64,000 nucleotides of DNA, from contig JAQFVV010000011.1 of NCBI GenBank assembly GCA_028023455.1, positions 2,294,001 to 2,358,000 on the forward strand, in the 5' to 3' direction. The notes beneath the pieces were generated by a model. That model had not been told where the DNA came from, ran no database searches, and saw only the letters and a list, made by a program, of their open reading frames with translations. The DNA is from Epiperipatus broadwayi. Its lineage: Eukaryota > Animalia > Onychophora. Of this stretch, positions 26,207-38,413 are shown piece by piece; position 1 is the stretch's first letter, and every line of letters starts with the position of its first letter. The position numbers and the translations under genes are program-made.

Positions 26207-26796
26207 CAATTATTTTATATAGCACGATGTTTTATAAACTGTAATAGTTAAACAGCATTAAGCTGTTGCACATGCACTTTGCAGATTTTAACAATAAATG
26301 ACTGAATACTAACATTTCAAACACATGATAAAGTCTTTGGGAAAAGATAGAATGGCCATCTATCTTTTCGAACCCAAACACTTTTGTATGGGCAAATGTT
26401 AAGTGTCTGAAAGTGAAAGCGTGAAGATATTAAATAATCACTTTAAATTATTTTTACATACTTGAATGAATGACGCTGGTGAAAATTACTAGAATTTACG
26501 ATACGTCATTCTTATTTGAAATTAAATATATGTAAATAAATCAATTATTTTATATAGCGCGATGTTTTATAAACTGTAATAATTAAACAGCATTAAGCTG
26601 TTGCACATGCACTTTGCAGATTTTAACAATAAATGACTTAATACTAACATTTCAAACACATGATAAAGTCTTTGGGAAAAGATAGAATGGCCATCTATCT
26701 TTTCGAACCCAAACGCTTTTGTATGGGCAAATCTTAAGTGTCTGAAAGTGAAAGCATGACGATATTAAATAATCACTTTAAATTACTTTTACATGT
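26207..26796. mobile_element. Family F-related tandem insertion (1.8 units of 334 bp), 13-bp TSD
   Basis: Direct repeat 26207-26460 and 26541-26794. TSD tatttatatttat at 26194-26206 and 26797-26809. Long internal hairpin in each unit. Confidence 0.8.
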
Positions 26797-27239
26797 TATT
26801 TATATTTATGTATATTTTTAACTTATATCTTGGGTTCACTCAATCTCTCATCATCATCATCATCAGTTGAGTTCTCATGCAAAACGATATAGTACCAGGC
26901 CCGGAAATAATTTATGTAATATCACCATAGGTGTTGTCCATAGTGTTATAGATTTAGGGAATGGGCAAATAGGTTAGAATTCACGATTACTCCTGACCTG
27001 TGTATCTCGTGCATGATTGGATTCAGGGTACTTTTGCTTAAATTCTAAATCTTGTTGGATGGACATACATTTTCGACCGGTACAATATAAAATTTTTCTT
27101 TTTCTGCAAACTCTACAAATATATGCCCTCTCTCACTTTTCTCACTATAACCAATTTTACTTATAGCACTTTCCATGATAATTTAAAAATATTATTTGGT
27201 CTGATCAAAAGCTTTATATACAACAATATAAAAATTATC

Positions 27240-27530
27240 TACTTCTTCATCACAATGAGAATTTGTTGTGGCATAAACCTGAATTATCTGCATTTGATAT
27301 CTGCTATTAAGTTGAATAATTAATCTTGTCACTCTGTCAGATTGACCATCAATCTGCACAATGTTGTTCTACCACTTTTTATTTATAATGAATTCTATTC
27401 CACTTGTATTTCAATGTTTGTTCTTTTGTAATACAGTACATAAACCATTTGTCTCCTCACCATACCTTCTAACTTAACAAAGTCCAATAATGTCCTATTT
27501 AATATAAGGCAATTTTTCTAATTCTTGCAA
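27240..27530 (-). pseudogene. RTE-like LINE AP-endonuclease remnant
   Basis: Minus-strand GIEFIINKKW*NNI (GVGFIINK-like) and LLS*KVW*G (LSEVRWxG-like). Confidence 0.45.
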
Positions 27531-27938
27531 TCTTCCTTCACTTGTAAGTGATCAGCAGCTATAAGTGCCTAAATAAAAGGTCATCAAATTGCAGCTTGGG
27601 TCTGCAATCAGAAAATTCGTAGGATCCTCCAACTTCGGCTGCTAACAGCCGCCTTGGCTGATGACTTTATAGCCTCCTGGGAATAAGGGCCATCCTTTGG
27701 GTATATACATATATATTTCTGTATTGCAATAAGAACCTTTACGTATTGTTTTTTTTCCCCCTATTTTCAATTTAAAAAATAATAATAATAGCTGTGGTTA
27801 AAAAAAAGATTAGAGTTGGGTATAATAAATATAAAAAATTGAAATTATTACACTTTAATCTGTAAGTAGAAAGTGTTTTTGCATCCATATTTGGCAACTT
27901 TTTTTTTAGATAAGTACGTAAATGATTATCATTAATTC

Positions 27939-28037
27939 TTTTTTTTTTTTTATGTGTCAAAGCATCGGCCAGGAAGCGAATCCGCGATAGCTTCTTGTAA
28001 GGCAGCTGTGCTGACCACTCGGCCACCAACGCTTGAC
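27939..28037 (-). mobile_element. tRNA-Gly-derived SINE (TAC) with poly(A) and TSD
   Basis: tRNA-like 27961-28032, T12 tract, and attatcattaattctt repeated at 27925 and 28038. Confidence 0.85.
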
Positions 28038-28961
28038 ATTATCATTAATTCTTTATTAGAGATTATCATATTATTTCTATTTCAGATATAACGTTTAAAT
28101 TTAATTAAAAATTAAGATAATGATTCTTATTAAATACAGTCATATGGTAAGTGCAATAACAACATATCTGGGATAAAATAATATATTAAATGATTATTAG
28201 TAATAATAATTGATATATAGTATTTTTTATTTTTAGACAATGCAACAAGTGTGTGCATGAAAAAAAAAAGGCATATACAAATTGACTGAAGAAAGATATC
28301 GAAGACATACGAAAGATTGAGACTTGAATCAACCAAAGATGCATCTTGGGGAAAGGCATTTAACTTTTTTAAATATCTTTATTCATAGATTTGAAGTAAG
28401 TATGATGAAATAGAAGATGTAAAAAAAACTGTTGTTGATGTTTTAAAAAAATCTTTATTTATAATATGTATATGATATACAAATATATTACTTATTTAAT
28501 ATATCAATTTAGAAACATTATCAATTCATTTTGTATTTTATTTAAAATCAAAATTAATTATTTCAAATTTTGAAATGATTTATTTTCTATTGTTTATTAT
28601 TTTAAGTTAGCATATCAATCACTTTATATTTTATAAATTTCTGCCTTTCTTTTTGTGAAGAATCCTAAACTACCTCAGAGATTAACCGACCTGTCACAGC
28701 AAACACATGCGACCTAAAATAAATAGTCCAGAGAGAAAAACAGTTGGCAATAAACATCATTTAAGCATTTCTATACTGATGCCTTAAACAACTAATTTAA
28801 ATACATAAGCTATCGGTAAAAGAGTAAACAAATGAAAATAAATGCTTCTTTTCTTTAGTTAGTTGCAGTAAGTAGAAATCTTTATAAATCATTAAAAAGC
28901 ATTAACTCGTCTGATATATTATTAACAAAACCAGTTATAAAAAAGATGATAAATGAATTGA

Positions 28962-29053
28962 TTTTTTTTTTCATATGTCAAATGCGTTGACCGAGAAGCG
29001 AACCCGGGCCCGCTGCTTGGAAGGCAGCTATGCTAACCACTACGCCACCAACG
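28962..29053 (-). mobile_element. tRNA-Gly(TCC)-derived SINE or tRNA pseudogene, closest to the parent tRNA
   Basis: Reverse complement cgttggtggcgtagtggttagcatagctgccttccaagcagcgggcccgggttcgcttctcggtcaacgca, then tttgacatatg and an A tract. T-loop TTCGCTT instead of TTCGATT, as in the other copies. Confidence 0.8.
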
Positions 29054-31345
29054 TTTGGCAGTTTTTGCTTAATAAGTTTTTATATATTGTGAAATATATT
29101 CATCATTTTCACTTATTATTGATACGTTGTAAGTCTATCTAAGTTTAATTTAGTTTTCTAATTCACAGTTTCATTTCTCTATATCTTTCCAGAAAACGTT
29201 ATTTATCTTATTAAATCCATCTCAAACCTGGATTCTTTCTAGATCTTTTGCAATCTTTCAAGATTCGCTTTAAGAATTCAACTATTTATCTGTTTTTGCC
29301 TACTATTATCTTTTCTAGTAAAATATTCAATCCCATTTCCATTTAACTTCTTAATACGTTCAATGATACTTGCATACTTAATGACGACATATTTAAGTTA
29401 TATATATCACCATGATATAAATTTGAAATTAAAATTGTCCAAAAATATGCGTAGATTTAATTTTAGAAAGTACCTTAAGAACAGCATGCTCAGAAAATAT
29501 TGACTAAAATGCAGATAAAATAAATAAATATTCATTTATGCATCCCGACTACACGTATGTTAGAGACAGATTTACATTGCTGAATAAGTTGCTATGTTAC
29601 TGAATAATTTCCATTGCTAGTTTAATTATTTGAGGCATTTTGATTCTAATAAATATTGAAAAAAGGAATGTGTAAACAACTCCCAGAATTATTCAAGGCT
29701 GGAAATTAAAACATTTTTCATTTTTAATATTTTCATAAGACTACATGCTATCTAAAGTTTGTAAACGTGTTTTACAATAGCCTCTTTACTAAAATTTGAT
29801 CTTCCATTTCAGAAGATGGGAGATGGGTCTTCCTAAATACACAGTACTTTACCTTATAGTACAAGGTTTGATCAGTTAAAAAATATAATTGCCAAAGATA
29901 TATGCTTAAGGTTAATTAATTGAGTGTGAAAATAGTAATTCACAGCCTAAATTTATTATAGAATATTCACTTTGTCAAAACATAATATAAAAACATTAAA
30001 AAATAACTTCAACTTATACATTTTTAACTTGTTTAAAATTAATAAAAGCTATAAACTGAAAAACAAACTGTTATGCATAAAATTCATGTGAAACTAAGGA
30101 TTTGAAATACTAAAAATAGAATGAAAAAGGGGAGACTTCTGATATTTCAAGAAATCCACCTGTGGTGGAATCTAGTGGGTCATCTTACAATAAATAACAG
30201 TAGATGTTTAATCTCTGCTGTCAATGTCTGAGGAATTAACTCCCTCGGTCATATCAATGCTATCAGGTATTTTTTTAAACAAAACTCACCACATTTGTTG
30301 TTCATAGGGGAAACGAAATTTCACCCAAACTCGAACCACTTCATAACCAGTTCTGATTCATCAGCATTATAGAGCTAACTACTTTCTCATACATTAACCT
30401 GTTAGGGCAGTTAATGACTCTGCCATGCATCTAATAGACCTAGGACACCTACATTACCAAGCCAGCCTTGATAGAAGAAGCCAATACCAGCAATGGAATT
30501 GAGCCAACATTAACAAAGTGTATTATAATATTCAACTGTACAAATTTTGTTATGTCAATAAAATATTTTTAAAATAAAATTAGAAATGTTTTTGAACAGC
30601 TTTGGAAAATATTTTTTGGTCAACTAGGGTGTGAGAGCATAAAAATATTATATAAAGCTTTAAGGGAAGACATTTTTAACAAACTGCAGATTTAAACTTC
30701 AGAATTCAGATTTTGGAAAATTCAATGCTGAAGGACATCAGCAATGTTCATTAACCTGACTGCTTCAATTAGAAAAAACTTCATCTTTCATTCTACAGAA
30801 GAAAGAATATAAGCTTCAATGTGGAAGAATATTTTCCCAAACTATTTTTATTATAATAATGATAAATTATGGTTTTGTTTAGAGATTTCTGAAAATGACT
30901 ATCTAAGGCTACCAGACATACTTCAATCCATCGTTTCTCAGCTATGTAATGCATGGGAGAAATGGATAACTTGCTATGACTTTAGTATAAGACCTTAAAC
31001 TGTAATGATTGCCTGCTGTACCAAATGATGTACTAACAGTTTACAGATTTAAGCTGCTTTGATGTCATGGTATTTATTTACTAATAAAGTCAAAAGAATA
31101 GAAATACATTATTGAAACCAACCTGCAGTAATACCAATGAATAATTTGCATATGGATTTAGAGAGAACTGTGGAAAAAAAGAGAATCCTGTTGGAAATTA
31201 ATAATGGATTTTCAGATTCAATATAAACAGCTACCATGTAATAATAAAATTTACCCAAATTATCTCAGTAAATAATGCCGATAAGATGTTTAATTATTTC
31301 AATATTAAATAGCCTTAAGTTGAAATACAGACAATCTGTAAATTT

Positions 31346-31678
31346 TTCTGAAGGTTTGTGATGATGGTGTTCTGGCTATATTTTTATATTGGACTATTTG
31401 GCAGGATGGCTCAGTTGGTTAGAGCATTACCTTAAAATTCAATAATCAAGAATCTAAGGACCCAGGTTCAAATTCCATGCTAGTACTGTCACTGGTGAGG
31501 CCAGCAACACCTGAAGAAGAGGGGAGAAAAATACCTCTTGAAATGTTGTGCATATACTAACCTGTTTGCTGTGATATTACTAACAGTTGAATGCATTTGG
31601 AATATTTAACTAAAATTAAACTTTTCTAAAGACATTCAACACACATATTAGATGATGGAAATAGTCCAATATAAAAAT
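31346..31678 (+). mobile_element. Family E: tRNA-derived Pol III head plus HHR tail, with short inverted 3' end and 15-bp TSD
   Basis: A box tggctcagttgg 31407-31418, B box ggttcaaattcc 31465-31476, HHR 31502-31571. 21-bp inverted repeat 31379-31399 and 31659-31679. TSD acaatctgtaaattt at 31331-31345 and 31679-31693. Confidence 0.75.
31502..31571 (+). ncRNA. Minimal type I hammerhead motif, family E
   Basis: cagcaa cac CTGAAGA a gagggg agaaaaata cctctt GAAA tg TT gtg ... ttgctg. The GAAACGTT-type minimal stem III carries CpG-to-TpG changes. Confidence 0.65.
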
Positions 31679-31990
31679 ACAATCTGTAAATTTCTATGGA
31701 AATTTATTTCTTTTTTTAAAACCTAATGTAGTAATTTACTTTTTTATTTTGAAATTTTATGAGAGTATTCTTGTTTCTTAGGAATAGATCAAGACGTTGT
31801 ATATGAAGATGAAAATTATTTACTTTTTCTTTGCACAAATACCTTTTCTCCTATTTTTTGTCTTTTTTATATATCTGTAATTAAAGGAATAGTAATACCA
31901 ATCCTATTGGTGGATAAATAAAAATGAAACCCATGCTTAACTAGAAAATGAATATATATAAATAAAATAAAATCCATTATGTAATTAATA

Positions 31991-32601
31991 TTGTAATAAA
32001 AATAATAATAAATATAATGGTAATAATTTATTACAAAAAGCATTATAATCCAAAGAAGTATTTTCAGTTAGACTTAACTTTCTTCAACTGTCATTTAATT
32101 TCTAATATATATAACAAACTTTATCAAGTCATAGCTGAAGATTCTTGAATTGTAACAATAGCAGATTGTTGATTAATTATAGATATTCTATTTTTGTTTA
32201 TGAAAATTGCCTCCTTCATTTTTCTTTTAATATAGTTTATCTTCTCATAATGAATCTTAACATTTTCAAGATCAAAATTTGAATTTAACTTATGTAAAAA
32301 GTTTGAAAAAAAAAATTGATTTTTTGTTTAATAAACTTTTTAATTTTGATCTTGGTAAAAGTTAAGATTCTTCTTAAGAAGAGAAACCATAATAAAATAA
32401 AAATTAAGGAGGCAGTTAATTGACGATCTGCTAATGTTAAGATTCAGGAATCATGGAATACAATTTGATGATGTTTACTGCCACTATATCTAAATTAAAA
32501 TGACAGTTGAAGATTAAGTGATTAACTGAAAGTACTTCTATGTATTATAATACTTTTTATAATATATTATTACCATTATATTCATTATATATATATATTA
32601 C
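31991..32601. repeat. Old diverged inverted repeat (~300-bp arms)
   Basis: Paired blocks gaagtattttcagtt/aactgaaagtacttc, cttcaactgtcattt/aaatgacagttgaag, gcctcc/ggaggc and caagatcaaaa/ttttgatcttg. Confidence 0.75.
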
Positions 32602-32709
32602 AAAGAAATAAAGTCATATATCACATGACCAAATTTAACAAGCTTGTATTACAAATGTTATATAATGAGTTTGCAAATAGCTATTAACAAGCTTTTCAGA
32701 AAATCCCCA

Positions 32710-32749
32710 ACTTCAGACTGGTTTCTACTATTGGCTTCCTCAGTGAGGT
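32710..32749 (-). ncRNA. Diverged family A-like hammerhead motif
   Basis: Minus strand: acctca CTGAGGA a gc caata gt a GAAA ccag TC tgaagt. Confidence 0.5.
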
Positions 32750-33771
32750 GTTAGGATATTCAAGCATTAGATTTAAAATACCAGGCCAAGCCCAGCACTT
32801 TATCTAATGGATAACTATTAAATAGAAAATCTGAAATTTTCAGACATTCATATGTCCTCCAATCCAGCGATCTAACTTAAATAGCCATATGGAATTGGTG
32901 TATCTGAACATTGTTCAGTCATATATAAAAGTTAAAGTAGAAAGAATGTTTAACCTAAGCAAATGGCACATGTTTTCATGAGTGGGTGAATTACCGAATT
33001 TGAAATTGGCCCATTCAGCATTTTATTAAATTTATTTATCTTTTCACAATAAAATAATTGGTGCTGTAATAAAGGCTAAAACTGCTTACCTTTTTTTATT
33101 TAAATTAAATTACTTCTAAATGGTAAACCTATTTTGAATCACTAGTGTTGATTTTTTGAAGGTGATTGTGAAATACAACCTGTTTTTATGTTTAATCATC
33201 TCCATTCTTATCTACTTTATATATGACTCTATGAAAGTTACATAAATTTGTCACATGAAAAGGTAGTCCCTGCATGTTACTGGTATAATATATTCAAATT
33301 CGCATATGTTTAACGAAGTGGTTTCTTTCTTCTTTATAACCTAAACTAAAAAAACGTAGACAATATATATATAAATTACAATGAAGGTTTTTGTGGATGA
33401 AAGATGATAATAAAAAATTTTTCTTAAGCATATGATTGCTTATTGTTAAACTGTTGTTTCATTTAAAACTTACAATTATCTGGTTAATATCAAACACCAA
33501 CTTTTACTTAGTTATCTACGATATCTAGATAATGGCAGTAAAGATCTAATTCAAATGTTGGTGCTTTAATGATAATAAATCTAAATGGGAAAATTAGTAA
33601 CTTTATTTACATGTATATCATTTATGTCTTAAATTGTTTAACAAAGTAAAAAAATTATAATTTAGCATTACATTTTTAAATAACTTAAAAAGATCTTTAT
33701 GTTTAAGATCAGACTTATAATACAATCTTCTACTAAAAATTCACTGCATATTTATTATTGTGCATATTTAT

Positions 33772-33774
<3 letters not shown>

Positions 33775-33853
<79 letters not shown>
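33775..33853. repeat. (TA)n microsatellite
   Basis: Pure TA run of ~79 bp. Confidence 0.98.
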
Positions 33854-33856
<3 letters not shown>

Positions 33857-35861
33857 ACCTTATGATTGGGCTCAATGTTTGTCAAGTTCTCTTTAGATCA
33901 TCAATTATCTAAAATTTTAATTAATAATAATTATTCTATATTAAAAAATATGTACATATCAGTATGTGGTCTCATGATTGCTAGATTATAGAATAAAAAT
34001 AAGTAAATTTCATCAATAAATCTCCTGAAAGTGATAAAGAATTGGGCTGTTCAAGATGTGTGTTAGCCCTCTGCCAAATTGTGTGTGAGACTTTTTACAT
34101 GCAGTCTATCAGATGGATTAATTTCAATAGTGTCAAAGTAATAATTTATTAATATTGTGATTAAATTAAAACTATAGAAATATTTTATATTTTATTGGTT
34201 AATAATTGTCATCAAAAGACTTAAAATTATAGTTATTTTAAATTAATCCTTTTAATTAGTTATCAAACATATTTTATGGCAATCTAAAATAATGGTGAAC
34301 AGCTTAGTTAGTTGTCATTTATGCTTATAGATGGAGAGTTATTAAATGTAGGTAAATATATTCACATACAACAATTTAGTCTGTTAATTTTTACAATCAG
34401 TCCATTGTGTTATAAATTAATAAATAGGCCAGCATAGATTCTTATAGGAGGAGAACAGAAAATTATTGGAAAGTGAAAGGAGAATTGGATTTGAATTGGA
34501 TTGAAATGGAATTGTATTGGATTAAGTAAAGCATGGTAAAGTTATATTTCTCTTTTCTATTTTCTAGCATATAAATACAAGTATTCATTATTAGCAACCT
34601 GTAATTAATGGAGTAAAAACTCTATTTGACCTGCATGCAAGACATACGATGACCATCAACTGATAATTACAATGGTTCAATGTAAAACAACTAGACATAT
34701 CGGAGAAAAGCCTGCCTATATGGAATTCAAGTTTAAATCAACTCAGAAGTTCATAAGCTTGAAATTTTGCTATTTATTTTATAAATGTTTTAATTATAAT
34801 ATTTACAAAATGCATTATAGATACAGTTATAATAAATTTGGAATAACAGGAGGAAAGAAGAAACCTATTTTGTACTTTCAATTGGAAAATAAGTTTGAAA
34901 GGTACAGGACTATGATAATAGATATTTAATTTTTTTTTATTGTTATTTAAGTTTATAAGACACTTATGACATGTTTTTCACTAAGGTGAAATATTATTTA
35001 AAGTTAAATCTAAATACCAACAATTTCTATTACTTTATAAAAGCTGGAAAATACGTGGAGAAAGTAATTTAAGAAAAATTAAAAATTATGTTGTTGCAGT
35101 TAATTTAAGAACAATAATAATCTATACCTACCTAATTTAACAATTATAAGTGAGTATAATGCATTACTGGAGTTTTCAAAATATTTTGTTAAATTTCTCA
35201 ACATTAAAAGTTTTCTTGTGTTACCTTGAATTTGTGTTGACCTAAAACCGGATATGACATTAAAACACTTCCTGATAAGTGGAATTAACACATTCATTAA
35301 ATTGAGTTATAGTATTTCATTAATATTGAATTAAATTTTAATTTAATTTTTAGTGTATTAATTACTGTGTTAACCACATGGTAATTATCAAATTTATAAT
35401 ATACTGTTTACTAAATAGTTCCATCATGCAATAAAATATAAGAAATTTATATACGTAATAATAATAAGCAATGTTCATTTTCAACTTCTTAATTTCCTGC
35501 ATATTAAAGCATTTAAAGTTAATAGATGAAACTGCAATCATTTAAAGATCCGACAATGTACCCGGATTACTAATTAAATTAATCAATAAGTATGGAGTAT
35601 ACTCATATCATGGGGGATCAATAAAATGTACTGAAAGGAGTTCTCACAAATTTCTGTAAAGAAAATAAAAGCCATTATGATATCTGTAAGAGAATAAATG
35701 TTTCGATTATTGTCTGCTATAAGTTTAAAAGTAAACCCTAATATCTTCAGGTAATCTACTTATTGTATGTAAAAGAAGAAAATAAATATTTGCAATGCTG
35801 ATAAATAAGCTTGACGTATATAGTGAAATTAAATTCTTAAAAAATTGCAACAATGTTTCTT

Positions 35862-35906
35862 AAGGCTAAGCACTTTCAGAGCTTTCATCTCCATATTCAT
35901 AGCCTT
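35862..35906 (-). ncRNA. Variant hammerhead motif (AUGAAUA core) in PLE 3' end, left arm
   Basis: Minus strand: aaggct ATGAATA t ggag atgaaag ctct GAAA gtgc TT agcctt. Confidence 0.6.
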
Positions 35907-35943
35907 CAACCATAATAATTTATGCAAATCTATGCAAGCTCAT

Positions 35944-37103
35944 TTATATTGTCCATCTCTTTGAAAGAGAAAAACATGTATCCTCCCTGTTTATTGCCTT
36001 CATATGTCTTGCTATATACCATGCCTCCTTAATTTTCCTTTTGATGTCACTCCTCTCAGTGGAAATTATTGTAGGTTCAAATTCATGATTAGCCACTTTT
36101 TGGTGGTCCACAAACACTGATCTACCTTCATTTCTGCTCAATATTCTTTTGTATTAATATTTGTGTTGAGCCACTCTATTGTTTATAGTGACCCGAGTCT
36201 CACCGTAGTATACTGCTCCACAATTTACTTGAGGGCATGTCATCTTGTATACCACATGTGGTGTTGTTTGTAGGTCAATTTTGTCCTTGGAATTGTTAAT
36301 TATTCTATTGGTGTTGGGAGGGGTTCAAAAACCTACTGTGAATTCACTCTGTAATTTTTTGACTAGTTCTCTTGCAACATTAGGTATGTATGGCAGACAT
36401 ATATGTTGTTTTTTTATCCTTGCTTGGTTTGGTTATATTTTCATAAAATGTTTTGATTCTTTTATTGATGGTTATTAAATCATAGCCAACCTTTATTAGA
36501 TCATTGACATACTGGTTGATGTTTATTCTTCTTTCCTCTTCATATTTACATAAATGGTAATTCCTGAACAAAAAGGCAGACAGTCCTGCCAATTTGTGGA
36601 CTCTTGGAGTTTTAGATTTATTATGGATTATCCTCTAATGTGTAATGGTTTGACTTTCATACTGTAATTAAAGCCTCTGTACAGTCTCTGTATTATTAAG
36701 TCCAAGTAATTAATTGTGTTTAATTCATTCTCATCTGTGCAGTTAAATATTAAGTTGGTATGTGCTTGCAATTCATCTTGAATGGCTCTTATGATTGGTT
36801 TAGGTGCTGCGATGAAAATGTCATCTACATACCTGCAATAAATTATTCCAGGTGTCTGTTCTTGGAATTTCGATATAATCTGTTTTTCAAAATAACCAAT
36901 TACAATACTAGATACAATGCCTCTTATTGACAGTCCCATAGGCCATCCATTATTCATTTTATACCATTTGTTCTCAAAAGTCACGAGTATATTATCATCT
37001 AACCATTTCATAAAGTCAATGATAAATTCAATCCTTTGTTCAGGACAGTGATTATTTTGAAGCTCTTCTTTGATTATTCTAATTGATCCTGTTCTGTTTA
37101 TTG
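35944..37103 (-). pseudogene. PLE RT-GIY-YIG polyprotein, left arm (frameshifted)
   Basis: GWPMG, RYVDDIF, then KDKIDLQTTPHVVYKMTC and IKEAWYI. 1-bp deletion near 36630. Confidence 0.9.
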
Positions 37104-38331
37104 AGTTTATGGATTTAATTAAAGATGCAGCCATTAATGACAGATTTAAAATAGCAGCCAGGGATATATCTGAACTATAAGGATCAATAAACAGAACAGG
37201 ATCAATTAGAATAATCAAAGAAGAGCTTCAAAATAATCACTGTCCTGAACAAAGGATTGAATTTATCATTGACTTTATGAAATGGTTAGATGATAATATA
37301 CTCGTGACTTTTGAGAACAAATGGTATAAAATGAATAATGGATGGCCTATGGGACTTCCAATAAGAGGCATTGTATCTAGTATTGTAATTGGTTATTTTG
37401 AAAAACAGATTATATCGAAATTCCAAGAACAGACACCTGGAATAATTTATTGCAGGTATGTAGATGACATTTTCATCGCAGCACCTAAACCAATCATAAC
37501 AGCCATTCAAAATTAATTGCAAGCACATACCAACTTAATATTTATCTGCACAGATGAGAATGAATTAAACACAATTAATTACTTGGACTTAATAATACAG
37601 AGAATACACAGAGGCTTTAATTACAGTATGAAAGTCAAACCATTGCACATTAGAGGATACATCAATAATAAATCTAAAACTCCAAGAATCCACAAATTGG
37701 TGGGACTGTCTGCCTTTTTGTTCAGGAATTACCATTTATGTAAATATGAAGAGGAAAGAAGAATAAACATCAACCAGTATGTCAATGATCTAATAAAGGT
37801 TGGTTATGATTTAATAACCATCAATAAAAGAATCAAAACATTTTATGAAAACATAACCAAACCAAGCAAGCATAAAAAACAACATATATGTCTGCCATAC
37901 ATACTTAATGTTGCAAGAGAACTAGTCAAAAAATTACAGAGTGAATTCACAGTAGGTTTTCGAACCCCTCTAATTCCAATGACAAAATTGACCTACAAAC
38001 AACACCACATGTGGTATACAAGATGACATGCCCTCAAGTAAACTGTGGAGCAGTATATTATGGTGAGACTCGGGTCACTATAAACAATAGAGTGGCTCAA
38101 CACAAATATTTATACAAAAGAGTATTGAGCAGAAATGAAGGTAGATCAGTGTTTGGTGACCACCAAAAAGTGGCTAATCATGAATTTGAACCTGCAAGTG
38201 CTACAATAATTTCCCCTGAGAGGAGTGACATCAAAAGGAAAATTAAGGAGGCATGGTATATAGCAAGAGATATGAAGGCAATAAACAGGAAGGATACATG
38301 TGTTTCTATTTCAAAGAGATGGACAATATAA
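37104..38331 (+). pseudogene. PLE RT-GIY-YIG polyprotein, right arm (nonsense codons and deletion)
   Basis: ARDISEL*GSIN (RT motif-A-like), GWPMGLPI, YVDD, GIY-YIG VYKMTCPQVNCGAVYYGETR and IKEAWYI. Stop at 37514 and a ~22-bp deletion near 37968. Confidence 0.92.
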
Positions 38332-38368
38332 ATGAGCTTGCATAGATTTGCATAAATTATTATGGTTG

Positions 38369-38413
38369 AAGGCTATGAATATGGAGATGAAAGCTCTGAA
38401 AGCGCTTAGCCTT
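38369..38413 (+). ncRNA. Variant hammerhead motif (AUGAAUA core) in PLE 3' end, right arm
   Basis: aaggct ATGAATA t ggag atgaaag ctct GAAA gcgc TT agcctt, 38 nt after the GIY-YIG stop codon. Palindromic GCGC stem III. Confidence 0.65.

Noticed and set aside
26887-27089. Possible small MITE with gtacc.g...gaaat ends
   Set aside because: The terminal match is too short and gapped, with no TSD or second copy.
27570-27720. GC-rich patch upstream of the RTE endonuclease remnant, a possible HDV-like ribozyme
   Set aside because: I could not build the P1/P2/P3/P1.1 nested pseudoknot by eye. It needs a descriptor search.
28283-28335. CTGAAGA...cGAAA gatt...aatc
   Set aside because: No credible stem II, and no NUH adjacent to a stem I.
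28981-29053. Functional tRNA-Gly(TCC) gene
   Set aside because: Position 1 is not G, the T-loop has C58, stems are mismatched, and it carries the SINE family tail and A tract.
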